DNA of 64,000 nucleotides from positions 48,207-112,206 of the forward strand of contig CAZRLN010000002.1 in the NCBI GenBank assembly GCA_964601085.1. Direction: 5' to 3'. Below the pieces are notes generated by a model, which did no database searches, had not been told where the DNA came from, and saw nothing but the letters and a program-made list of their open reading frames with translations. Positions 27,424 to 36,215 of this stretch are shown one piece after another (position 1 is the first letter of the stretch; each line of letters opens with the position of its first letter). The translations under genes were made by a program, and so were the position numbers. This DNA is from an uncultured Veillonellaceae bacterium. Lineage in GTDB: Bacteria; Bacillota; Negativicutes; UBA1444.

Positions 27424-28500
27424 TTACTTCCCTCCTTCGCCGCGCGAGACGGACATAATGAAATCGAACAGTTCCTTGGGATTCGGCAACATGCCGCCGG
27501 TGCGTCCATGGAAGAACACCGGACAGGCGCCGTTCAGCGACAGCTTTACGTCTTCTACCATTTGGCCGGCACTCATCTCGAAGACTATAAAGGTTTTGGC
27601 CGTTTTGCCAAGATCAGCCAAAGGTTTTTCCGGGAATGGCCACAGGCTTATCGGTCGGAACAGGCCGACTTTCACGCCGGCTGCCCGCGCCTTGGCGATG
27701 GCGGTCTGGGCGATTCGGCTGGTGATGCCGTAGGCGACGACAATAATGTCGGCGTCGTCGGTTTGAAGCGTCTCCCAACGAGTTTCCTCGGCCTGAATGC
27801 GGGCAAATTTTTCCTGCAAGTCATGATTGTGTTTTTCACACAAATCCGGCTGCAGATACAAGGAATTTATGACATTGTGTTTTTTTCTTCCATGAAGCCC
27901 GGTTGCTGCCCACGGTTTTTCCGGCAGCGCACCGGTTTTCTCCTTGAATTCGACCGGTTCCATCATTTGACCCAGTGCACCATCGCCGAGAATCATCACG
28001 GCATTGCGCCATTTATCCGCCAAATCGAAAGCTTCGACCGTGATGTCCGCCATTTCCTGCACCGAATTGGGCGCCAGCACGATGTTTCGATAATCGCCGT
28101 GTCCGCCTCCCTTGGTCGCCTGAAAATAATCGGCCTGACCCGGTTGGATACTCCCCAGACCAGGGCCGCCACGTTGCATGTTCACGATCACGCAAGGCAG
28201 CTGGGAGCCGGCGATATAGGAAATCCCTTCCTGCTTCAAGCTGATCCCGGGGCTTGATGATGAGGTCATTACCCGGCAGCCGGCGGCTGCGGCGCCATAA
28301 ACCATATTGATGGCCGAGATCTCGCTTTCCGCTTGCAAAAATACTCCGTCAACCTGTGGCAGGCGTTTGGCCATATATTCGATCAATTCACTCTGAGGTG
28401 TAATCGGGTAACCGAAGTAGTGGCGACATCCGGCAACAACAGCGGCTTCGCCGATGGCTTCGTTTCCCTTCATCAGGACTTTTTCCGCCAAATCTCTCAC
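27424..28500 (-). CDS. 2-oxoacid:ferredoxin oxidoreductase, alpha subunit
   Basis: 358 aa; [25 protein letters not shown] is the typical alpha N-terminus. The true start may be TTG at about 28491 (SD AAGGAG 7 nt upstream) rather than the GTG at 28500. Confidence 0.87.
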   Translation of the reverse strand: MRDLAEKVLMKGNEAIGEAAVVAGCRHYFGYPITPQSELIEYMAKRLPQVDGVFLQAESEISAINMVYGAAAAGCRVMTSSSSPGISLKQEGISYIAGSQLPCVIVNMQRGGPGLGSIQPGQADYFQATKGGGHGDYRNIVLAPNSVQEMADITVEAFDLADKWRNAVMILGDGALGQMMEPVEFKEKTGALPEKPWAATGLHGRKKHNVINSLYLQPDLCEKHNHDLQEKFARIQAEETRWETLQTDDADIIVVAYGITSRIAQTAIAKARAAGVKVGLFRPISLWPFPEKPLADLGKTAKTFIVFEMSAGQMVEDVKLSLNGACPVFFHGRTGGMLPNPKELFDFIMSVSRGEGGK

Positions 28501-28503
28501 TCC

Positions 28504-28707
28504 TTATTTCCAGATTTCGATCACTACATCCGGACAAGTCCGGGCGCACATTGCACAGCCGATACATTGGGACTCGTCAATGCAGCTGGAAGGGTGATAC
28601 CCTTTGCTATTGAAGTGGTCCGCCAGAACGATGATTTTTTTTGGGCAGACAACTGTGCACAGTCCGCAACCCTTGCATCGTTCTTCGTTGAATACTGGTT
28701 TTGGCAT
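28504..28707 (-). CDS. 2-oxoacid:ferredoxin oxidoreductase, delta subunit (2x[4Fe-4S] ferredoxin)
   Basis: 67 aa; two CxxCxxCxxxCP motifs; SD AAGGAGG. Confidence 0.85.
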   Translation of the reverse strand: MPKPVFNEERCKGCGLCTVVCPKKIIVLADHFNSKGYHPSSCIDESQCIGCAMCARTCPDVVIEIWK

Positions 28708-28764
28708 TCATCTCGCCTCCTTTACCCTACTGGATTATGCTGTTTTGCCGCGATTTTGGCGGCA

Positions 28765-29571
28765 TTAGAAGCCGATCATCCGAGAAATCTCTGCGGCTTT
28801 GGTTTTCAGGATGTTGGCCATTTCGTCGTATTTATTGACTGACAGGCGGGCCGATGCGCTGGATATGGATACCGCTGCCGCCAGTTTGCCATGGGCGCCG
28901 AAAATTGGGGCTCCCATGCAGGTCAACCCTTCAATGGTTTCATTACAGGACACGGCGAAACCTTGCTTTCGAATTTGCTGTATTTCCGCCGAAATTTCTT
29001 CTTCCGTACTCAATGTAAATGGAGTGTAGCGTGATAACGGTTGGGAAAGGATTGTCCGGCGAATCTGCTCGCCGCCAAAGGCCAGAAAGATCTTACCAAG
29101 GGCTGTGCAATGAAAGGTACGGGCAAAATCGATTCGGGGCACAATGAACGTGCTGCGCGGCGGCGCCACACTATCAATGATCGCAACTTCATCCCGATTC
29201 AACACACCCAATAGAACATATTCGTTTGCACCTTCCGCCAACTCACGCAACACCGGATCGGCAATGCGGCGGATATCCAGCCGGTCCGCCGCCGCTGCGC
29301 CAAGCCTCATCAGGCGAAAGCCAAGCGTAAAGCGACCGGACTCGGTTTGTCGGACAAAATCGCGGGCCAACAGAGTTTGTAATAGATTATGAACCGTGCT
29401 TTTCTGCACACCCAACAGCTTGCTCAATTCCGTAACTCCGATTTCGCGCGGAGAGGCTTCAAGAAGCAACAACAGTTCAATGGCCCTGTCGACGGAGGCA
29501 ATGGTATAGGAAAACTCTTTTTTTTGCGCTATAGGTTTGATCGGATTGTCGATTGATTCGGAAAGGTTCAT
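28765..29571 (-). CDS. IclR-family transcriptional regulator
   Basis: 268 aa; N-terminal wHTH (SVDRAIELLLLLEASPREIGVTELSKLLGV.KSTVHNLL) and C-terminal IclR effector domain. Confidence 0.88.
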   Translation of the reverse strand: MNLSESIDNPIKPIAQKKEFSYTIASVDRAIELLLLLEASPREIGVTELSKLLGVQKSTVHNLLQTLLARDFVRQTESGRFTLGFRLMRLGAAAADRLDIRRIADPVLRELAEGANEYVLLGVLNRDEVAIIDSVAPPRSTFIVPRIDFARTFHCTALGKIFLAFGGEQIRRTILSQPLSRYTPFTLSTEEEISAEIQQIRKQGFAVSCNETIEGLTCMGAPIFGAHGKLAAAVSISSASARLSVNKYDEMANILKTKAAEISRMIGF

Positions 29572-29590
29572 CCTCTGTGATTAGCTCCTT

Positions 29591-29613
29591 ACTGTTCATC
29601 TATAATGAACAGT
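29591..29613. promoter_or_regulatory. 9-bp perfect inverted repeat ACTGTTCAT-ctata-ATGAACAGT immediately upstream of the iclR SD; candidate IclR autoregulatory operator
   Basis: Read directly; no U-tail on the minus strand, so not a terminator for pduL. Confidence 0.4.
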
Positions 29614-29702
29614 GTTTTTATTTTTGGGCATAAAATAATTTTCGACTCTTCCTTGCAAAATCCTGCATGGTTTACAAAAAAAAGTCGAAGAATATTCACG
29701 GA

Positions 29703-30290
29703 TCAAACGATGCGGACTTTATCCCCCGTTTTTAGACAGGCCGCGTTTCCTTCGTCCGTATCGACGTGCATTTCCAGGGCATACTGATCGTTGACGCGAA
29801 CCAGAACCTGCCCCATGATCATGCCTCGCTCGCCCGAACATTCCACTTGAACAATGTCCTTGTCTTTGACGCCAAAACGTTCGGCATCGGCCGGGGTCAT
29901 GTGAATATGACGCAAAGCAGCGATAGCGCCCTGATCCAGAGTAATCGTTCCGTTCGGTCCGACCAGCACGACGCCCGGTGAACCGGCGACATTTCCGGAA
30001 TCCCGGATCGGTGGATTGATTCCCAACTTAACGGCATCCGTCAAGGATAGTTCGATTTGGGTATCTTTTCGGACTGGTCCCAGAATCCGGACACGAGTAA
30101 AGGCGCCTTTCGTAGTCATGATGTCTACCGTTTCTTCCGAAGCATATTGCCCGGGTTGTGACAAGTCTTTCTTCTTGGTCAGTTCGTAACCAGGTCCGAA
30201 CAGGGCATCCAGATGAGCTCGGCTCAAGTGTAGGTGTCTTCCGGATACTCCTACCGGAATACAGGCCTCGGTGATTTTTGGTTCAGTCAC
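29703..30290 (-). CDS. pduL: PduL/EutD-type phosphate acyltransferase (phosphate propanoyl/acetyl-transferase)
   Basis: Start GTG 30290 (V42 of the track ORF, SD GGAGGGA 9 nt upstream). IPVGVSGRHLHLS and two PduL repeats with the HxH motif. Confidence 0.8.
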   Translation of the reverse strand: MTEPKITEACIPVGVSGRHLHLSRAHLDALFGPGYELTKKKDLSQPGQYASEETVDIMTTKGAFTRVRILGPVRKDTQIELSLTDAVKLGINPPIRDSGNVAGSPGVVLVGPNGTITLDQGAIAALRHIHMTPADAERFGVKDKDIVQVECSGERGMIMGQVLVRVNDQYALEMHVDTDEGNAACLKTGDKVRIV

Positions 30291-30321
30291 GTTGTTGATC
30301 CCTCCATCTTTCTTTTGGCGA

Positions 30322-30669
30322 TTACTCGATGATTTCGGAAAAATACACCACGGATACCGTGTCGGACTCCAGGATCTTTTTATTATAGATCCCTTCCAAA
30401 AATGAAATGACATCCTTCACGTTTTCAATGTCCGGATTCTCGCCCCGCAGATCATCCTGCGTCAATTCCGAAATGCTCTTCACAAGCACGCGGTCAATCA
30501 TGGCCGTGTAAATACGCTTCTTTTGGGCGAACTTCTTGCCAACGGTAACCCAGACGATGTCGCCTTCGGCATATTTGTCCGTTTTGTCGCCCATACGAAT
30601 CGTACACGTTTTGCGCCGACAAATCAATTGATTGTGATACGTGGAAGAATAGAAATTCAACGCGCGCAA
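30322..30669 (-). CDS. ASCH-domain protein (YqfB-like small RNA/nucleotide-binding fold)
   Basis: 115 aa; TTG start with SD AGGAGG; GDKTDKYAEGDIVWV fits the ASCH pattern. Confidence 0.6.
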   Translation of the reverse strand: MRALNFYSSTYHNQLICRRKTCTIRMGDKTDKYAEGDIVWVTVGKKFAQKKRIYTAMIDRVLVKSISELTQDDLRGENPDIENVKDVISFLEGIYNKKILESDTVSVVYFSEIIE

Positions 30670-30701
30670 ACTAACACCCTCCTTACTTCACATGGGAGCT
30701 C

Positions 30702-31868
30702 TTATTTTGCCAGCCATTTTTCGGCCCGATCAACAAATTCAGCCAGCCGAGCTTCGGATTGGACGAGGGCGATTCGAACGTAACCTTCGCCGCAATCGCC
30801 AAAACCAATGCCGGGAACCACCGCTACCCCCGTATTCTTTAGTAGATCAGCGACAAAATCAAAGGAGGTTTGGCGAGTTGGCACGGGTGCCCAAATATAC
30901 ATGGAGGCTTTGGGTCGCTCCACTTTCCAGCCAAACCGGGCAAAACCGTCTACCAAGACATCCCTTCGCCGTTGATAACGCAGGGCAGTTTCGAGGATGC
31001 AATCGTCCGGACCGTTCAATGCGGCGATAGCCCCCTGTTGGATCGCATAAAAGATCCCATAATCAAAATTGGATTTCAAGCGCCCCAGCAAGGCGATGAC
31101 TTCCGCATTGCCCACGACGAAAGCTACCCGGCAGCCAGCCATGCTATAGGTTTTGGACAGGGAATGAAATTCAATGGCCACATCCTTGGCGCCCGGAATG
31201 GACAAAAAACTGTCAGGGCGATAACCGTCAAACACCAGTTCGCTATAGGCGAAATCATGAATCACCAAGAAATTATATTGTTTTGCCAAGGCAACAACTT
31301 TGACGAAGAAATCCCGGGGCGCGGTTGCAGCAAGCGGGTTGTTGGGATAATTCAGGATCATGATTTTGGCTCGACGCAAGATTGCGGGATCAATCGCGTC
31401 CAGGTCCGGCAGGTACGCATTTTCCGGTTTCAATGGCATCGTTACGATTTCCGCGCCGGCAACCAGCGGTCCGGCGAAGAAAATCGGATACCCGGGATCG
31501 GGAACCAGGACGACATCACCAGGATTGACCAAGCATAACCCGATGTGGGCCAGGCCGTCCTGGGATCCCATTAAGGAATGAATTTCAGTGGCGGGATCCA
31601 GACCGACGGAAAACTTTCTTTGGTACCAATTGGCGACTGCCTGAAGGAATTCCGGCGTTCCCTTCGACAAGGTGTAGCCATAACTGGCATCGTTGTCCAG
31701 GGCGTCCTTCATGGCGGCTACGATATGGGGCGCCGGAGCCAAATCGGGACTGCCCAAACTGAGGGTAATGACATCCTTTCCTTCCGCAATCGCCTGCTTT
31801 CGCATCGTATCCACTTGCGTGAATATGGCGGAAGAAAGTCCTTTAAGTCGTTCAGCCTGTTGAAACAT
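30702..31868 (-). CDS. class I/II PLP-dependent aminotransferase (aspartate/aromatic/branched-chain type)
   Basis: Start at M6 of the track ORF (SD GGGAGAG). SLSKTYSMAGCRVAF carries the PLP-lysine motif. Confidence 0.85.
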   Translation of the reverse strand: MFQQAERLKGLSSAIFTQVDTMRKQAIAEGKDVITLSLGSPDLAPAPHIVAAMKDALDNDASYGYTLSKGTPEFLQAVANWYQRKFSVGLDPATEIHSLMGSQDGLAHIGLCLVNPGDVVLVPDPGYPIFFAGPLVAGAEIVTMPLKPENAYLPDLDAIDPAILRRAKIMILNYPNNPLAATAPRDFFVKVVALAKQYNFLVIHDFAYSELVFDGYRPDSFLSIPGAKDVAIEFHSLSKTYSMAGCRVAFVVGNAEVIALLGRLKSNFDYGIFYAIQQGAIAALNGPDDCILETALRYQRRRDVLVDGFARFGWKVERPKASMYIWAPVPTRQTSFDFVADLLKNTGVAVVPGIGFGDCGEGYVRIALVQSEARLAEFVDRAEKWLAK

Positions 31869-31957
31869 CACATTCTCTCCCATCTGTTCATGCCCATTGG
31901 TAATGGATTTCTACATGTATTATTCTCGGCGCAAAGAGAAAATCCTTGTTTTCCGGA

Positions 31958-32006
31958 GAAGAAAAATACTATCCTGGCGATCATTGAAATGCTGCCAGGA
32001 TAGTAT
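31958..32006 (-). terminator. strong rho-independent terminator closing the ior...nfnAB operon
   Basis: Minus strand: ATACTATCCTGGC-(15 nt)-GCCAGGATAGTAT, a 13-bp stem, followed by TTTTTCTTC. Confidence 0.8.
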
Positions 32007-32030
32007 GGTTTTGAGTTTGACCGAAAAAAA

Positions 32031-33434
32031 TTATTTTTTGGCGTTTTGTTTCTGTTGCACGTATTCGTGAATGGCTTCGGCCGCCTTTTTCCCGGCGCCC
32101 ATGGCCAAAATGACGGTGGCGGCGCCGGTAACGATATCGCCGCCGGCGAAAACCCCTTCTTTAGTTGTTTTGCCGTTTTCATCCGCGACGATATTGCCGT
32201 GCTTATTTGTTTCCATCCCCGGGGTGGTGTTCTGGATCAATGGATTGGGGCCCTGACCGATGGCGATGACCACGGTGTCCACATCCAGTACGAAGTTGGA
32301 TCCTGCTTTTTCTACCGGACGACGGCGACCCGACGCATCCGGTTCGCCCAGCTCCATCCGAACGCATTCCAGTCCCTTGACCCAGCCGGCTTCATCGCCA
32401 ATCACCTGAATCGGGTTGGTCAGCAATTGGAAATCGACGCCTTCTTCGTGAGCATGTTCCACTTCTTCGGCCCTTGCCGGCATTTCATCCTTGGAGCGGC
32501 GGTACACGATATAGACGTTTTCCGCACCAAGACGCAAGGCGGTACGCGCGGAGTCCATGGCGACATTGCCGCCGCCGACGACGGCGACATTTCGGCCAAC
32601 GCGAACCGGGGTGGCGGTTTCCGGGAACTTGTACGCTTTCATGAGATTCACGCGGGTCAAAAATTCATTGGCAGAATAAACGCCGTTGAGATTTTCGCCC
32701 AGCATTTTCATGAAGTGCGGCAATCCGGCGCCGGTGCCGATAAATACCGCGTCATATTTCTCTTCTTCCATCAGTTCGTCGACGGTGTAGGTTTTGCCAA
32801 TGACGGCATTGACTACCACTTCGACGCCGAGATATTTCAGGGTTTCGATTTCGCATTTTACGATTTCCTTCGGCAGCCGGAATTCGGGAATCCCGTACAT
32901 CAGAACGCCGCCGGGCGTATGCAATGCTTCAAACAGGGTTACCTGATACCCGAGGCGGACCAAATCGCCGGCCGCGGTCAGGCTGGCCGGTCCCCCACCG
33001 ATGACCGCCACTTTGCCGATTTTTTTCTCGGGCGGCAATTCCGGCATCGGGCAGCTTCCGCCCAACGAAAAGTCGGCGACAAACCGTTCCAGACGGCCAA
33101 TGGCGACCGGTTCCCCTTTTATTCCGCGGATACAGAGCTTTTCGCACTGATTTTCCTGGGGGCAGACCCGACCGCAGACCGCCGGCAGATTGTTATACTG
33201 GCGGATGATTTTATTGGCGGCGATATAATCGCCTTCTTTAACTTTACTGATGAATGCGGGAATATCAATTCCAACCGGGCAGCCATTACGGCAGGGCGAG
33301 TTTTTGCACTGCAGGCAGCGGGCGGCTTCGGCTTTGGCGGTTTCTTCATCATAACCCAAGGTAACTTCGTTAAAATTATGCCGGCGAACGTTGGCTTCCT
33401 GTTCCGGCATTTTATGTTTTACTTGTTGTGACAT
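32031..33434 (-). CDS. nfnB: NADH-dependent reduced ferredoxin:NADP+ oxidoreductase subunit B (GltD-like; 2x[4Fe-4S], FAD/NADPH)
   Basis: CLQCKNSPC...CPV...CGRVCPQENQCE; two Rossmann GxGxxG/A motifs. Start ATG 33434 with SD GGGGGA. Confidence 0.85.
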   Translation of the reverse strand: MSQQVKHKMPEQEANVRRHNFNEVTLGYDEETAKAEAARCLQCKNSPCRNGCPVGIDIPAFISKVKEGDYIAANKIIRQYNNLPAVCGRVCPQENQCEKLCIRGIKGEPVAIGRLERFVADFSLGGSCPMPELPPEKKIGKVAVIGGGPASLTAAGDLVRLGYQVTLFEALHTPGGVLMYGIPEFRLPKEIVKCEIETLKYLGVEVVVNAVIGKTYTVDELMEEEKYDAVFIGTGAGLPHFMKMLGENLNGVYSANEFLTRVNLMKAYKFPETATPVRVGRNVAVVGGGNVAMDSARTALRLGAENVYIVYRRSKDEMPARAEEVEHAHEEGVDFQLLTNPIQVIGDEAGWVKGLECVRMELGEPDASGRRRPVEKAGSNFVLDVDTVVIAIGQGPNPLIQNTTPGMETNKHGNIVADENGKTTKEGVFAGGDIVTGAATVILAMGAGKKAAEAIHEYVQQKQNAKK

Positions 33435-34249
33435 GATCCATCCCCCTTGCATTGCCGTTCCTGCGTTTGATACATGCGCGCCCGGGACATCAGTCCGTTG
33501 AAGTCGACGGCATGACCGTCAAACTCCGGTCCATCCACACAGGCGAATTTGGTTTCGCCGCCAACGCTGCAACGGCAACCGCCGCACATGCCGGTTCCGT
33601 CCACCATGATCGGGTTGAGGCTGACCAATGTGGGAATCTTATAGGGACGGGTTACCTCGGCAACGCCCCGCATCATGATCATTGGTCCGATCGCCATGAC
33701 CCGGTCGATTTTTTCGCCGGCGGCAATCATGTCTTTCAGGGGATCGACAACCAATCCCTTGCGTCCGGCGGAGCCGTCATCGGTGGTAATGTGCAGAACA
33801 TCGCTGACCGAACGCATTTCTTTCTCCATGATCAACAAATCCGCATTACGGGCGCCGATGATGGATACTACACGGTTGCCTGCTTCCTTATAAGCACGGG
33901 CGATGGGATAGACCGGCGCGACACCGATGCCGCCGCCAATGCAAACCACCGTGCCGAAATTTTCAATTTCAGTTGCTTTGCCGAGCGGTCCGGCAACGTC
34001 CAGAAGCGCATCACCGGCTTTTAGTGTGCCGAGTTGACGGGTAGTGTCGCCCACTTCTTGAAAAATCAAGTGAATGGAGCCCTGTTCGCGATTATAGTCG
34101 GCGATCGTCAAGGGAATCCGTTCGCCGTTTTCATCAATCCGCAGGATGATGAATTGTCCGGCCTGACATTTGCGAGCAACCATCGGCGCTTCCACGATAA
34201 AGGACTTCACGCCGGCGGACAGCTCTTCCGCACTGAGAATTTTGTACAA
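33419..34249 (-). CDS. nfnA: NfnA / sulfide dehydrogenase beta-like ferredoxin-NADP+ reductase subunit (PyrK fold, 2Fe-2S)
   Basis: Start TTG 34249 (L51 of the track ORF, SD AAGGAGG 7 nt upstream). C-terminus GMCGGCRCSVGGETKFACVDGP. Confidence 0.85.
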   Translation of the reverse strand: MYKILSAEELSAGVKSFIVEAPMVARKCQAGQFIILRIDENGERIPLTIADYNREQGSIHLIFQEVGDTTRQLGTLKAGDALLDVAGPLGKATEIENFGTVVCIGGGIGVAPVYPIARAYKEAGNRVVSIIGARNADLLIMEKEMRSVSDVLHITTDDGSAGRKGLVVDPLKDMIAAGEKIDRVMAIGPMIMMRGVAEVTRPYKIPTLVSLNPIMVDGTGMCGGCRCSVGGETKFACVDGPEFDGHAVDFNGLMSRARMYQTQERQCKGDGSCHNK

Positions 34250-34262
34250 TTGAATTCCTCCT

Positions 34263-35546
34263 TTATTTAACCAGCCGTAACCCGCGTGCGTTGGTTTCGG
34301 CTTTAACCTTGGCAATGTCGAGAGTGGTGAATTCCCCGTTGCGATAAAGAATGCGTCCATCGACCAAGGTATGGCTGACATCGGCCGAAGCCGCCGCATA
34401 CGTTAGGATGGAGGCAAGGTCGTGTTTGGGGTACCAATGGGGCGCCGTGATGTCGTAAATCGCCAAATCAGCTTTATAACCCGGCTCAATACGACCCAAA
34501 GCGTCACTTTGACCAATGGCGGCGGCGCCGCCTTGATGGGCAATTTGTAATACCTGGCTGGAAGGCAGTACCGTCGGATCCATACGGTCAAGCTTTTGCA
34601 GGAATGAGGCCATCCGGATCTCTTCCAGCATGTCCAGTTTATTGTTGCTGGTGGCGCCGTCCGTTCCCAGCGCGACGGTGACCCCGGCGTTCAGCATGGC
34701 GGCGACTGGTGCGGCGCCGCTGGCCAGTTTTAGATTACTGGAAGGATTGTGGACCACTCGGACTTTTTTTTCGGCGAGAATTCGGATATCATCTTCGGAA
34801 ACCCATACGCAGTGCGCTGCCAAAGTGCCGCAATCGAACACTCCCAGGCCGTCAAGCAAGGCAACCGGCGATTTTCCATAGATGTTTTTGCATTTTTCGA
34901 CTTCATCTTTGGTTTCCGACAAATGAACATGAATTTCCGCCCCGATCCGCCGGGCGATGCCAACGACTTTTTCCATGCAGCGCGGCGGACAGGTGTACGG
35001 GGCATGCGGCCCCAACATCACGGTAATCCGGCCGTCTGCGGCGCCATGGAAGTCATGGAACAATTGTTCATTCTCGGCGAATCGTTCCTCTTGACCTGGA
35101 CCGTCGACCGCAATGAGTCCGCGGGACAACGACGCCCGCATTCCAGTCTCGACGCAGGCCTTCGCCACTTGATCCATAAAAAAGTACATATCGGCAAAAG
35201 CGGTTGTGCCCGAGGCCAGCATTTCGGCAATGGCCAGCTGCGTTCCCCAATATACGTCTTCGGCGGTCAAGTTGGCTTCCGCCGGCCAGATTTTCTTTTG
35301 CAGCCAGTCCATCAGGGCCATGTCGTCGGCATAGCTGCGGAACAGAGTCATAGCCGCATGGGTATGGGCGTTCACCAGACCCGGGGTCGTCAGTTTATTC
35401 CCGCAATCGATTTTCTCTTCCGCTTCCCAATTCGGCGGAGCTTCGCCGCAGAACAGGATACGGCCGTTCTCGATGCCGATATCGCCGTCGATAATTTTGC
35501 CGGCTGGATCAAGGTAGCGCCCGGAGTGCAACAGCAATCTACTCAT
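34263..35546 (-). CDS. mtaD: 5'-methylthioadenosine / S-adenosylhomocysteine / 5'-deoxyadenosine deaminase (amidohydrolase MtaD/DadD family)
   Basis: 427 aa; metal ligands HTH...H...H...D; full-length match to MtaD-type deaminases. Confidence 0.85.
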   Translation of the reverse strand: MSRLLLHSGRYLDPAGKIIDGDIGIENGRILFCGEAPPNWEAEEKIDCGNKLTTPGLVNAHTHAAMTLFRSYADDMALMDWLQKKIWPAEANLTAEDVYWGTQLAIAEMLASGTTAFADMYFFMDQVAKACVETGMRASLSRGLIAVDGPGQEERFAENEQLFHDFHGAADGRITVMLGPHAPYTCPPRCMEKVVGIARRIGAEIHVHLSETKDEVEKCKNIYGKSPVALLDGLGVFDCGTLAAHCVWVSEDDIRILAEKKVRVVHNPSSNLKLASGAAPVAAMLNAGVTVALGTDGATSNNKLDMLEEIRMASFLQKLDRMDPTVLPSSQVLQIAHQGGAAAIGQSDALGRIEPGYKADLAIYDITAPHWYPKHDLASILTYAAASADVSHTLVDGRILYRNGEFTTLDIAKVKAETNARGLRLVK

Positions 35547-35550
35547 ACGA

Positions 35551-36207
35551 TCATCCTTTCCGTTTCAACTGACAATAGTTTTCCACGTAAAACCGGCGCA
35601 TTTGCAGAATATCTTCTTCGTTCAGGCTGCGGGCGCCGCCCAGTTGGCTGGCGATGGCATGGATCTGCGCTGCTTTTTCGACCAATTCGGCGACTAGCAA
35701 CGCTTCCGCCAGGGAGGGCCCGCAAGCAACCGCTCCATGATTCGCCAGTAATACCGCTGTTCTGTCGCCAAGCGCCAAGACGGCGTTTTGGGCCAGCTCG
35801 GGTGTTCCCGGCAACGCATATGGGGCGACAGCCACTTCGCCGCCCACGACTTGCACCATTTCCTCCAGACTGGGCGGAATCGCCTTTCCTGCGACAGCGC
35901 AGGCCGTTGCATAAATGCTGTGGGTGTGGACGACAGCCTGAACTTCAGGATGGGCTTGATAAATCGCCAAATGCAATGGCAATTCGGAGGAAGGGCGTTC
36001 GCCTTCCAGAATATTACCGGCCAAATCGACCACGACGAGGTCGGTGGTCTGCAACTCGGGATATGGACGGCCCGACGGCGTGATCACGACCTGATTGTCC
36101 CGGTCGCCGCGACAACTGATGTTTCCCCAGGTTCCGGCAACCAGGCCCCGCTCGATCATTTGACGCCCGGTATCGATGACGGCCTGTTTGATTTCCGACA
36201 AACTCTT
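35551..36207 (-). CDS. class II aldolase (FucA-like; DHAP-shunt Ald2 / 5-deoxyribulose-1-P aldolase candidate, not MtnB-like)
   Basis: GTWGNIS, catalytic PSSE (as in FucA PSSEW), HTHS; start at M14 of the track ORF (36207) or M1 (36246). Confidence 0.75.
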   Translation of the reverse strand, partial: KSLSEIKQAVIDTGRQMIERGLVAGTWGNISCRGDRDNQVVITPSGRPYPELQTTDLVVVDLAGNILEGERPSSELPLHLAIYQAHPEVQAVVHTHSIYATACAVAGKAIPPSLEEMVQVVGGEVAVAPYALPGTPELAQNAVLALGDRTAVLLANHGAVACGPSLAEALLVAELVEKAAQIHAIASQLGGARSLNEEDILQMRRFYVENYCQLKRKG

Positions 36208-36215
36208 CATTTGGG

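Noticed and set aside
29591-29630. Plus-strand intrinsic terminator (9-bp stem plus GTTTTTATTTTT)
   Set aside because: There is no plus-strand gene upstream for about 7 kb (all genes are on the minus strand). Interpreted instead as an operator palindrome in the iclR leader; antisense termination cannot be excluded.
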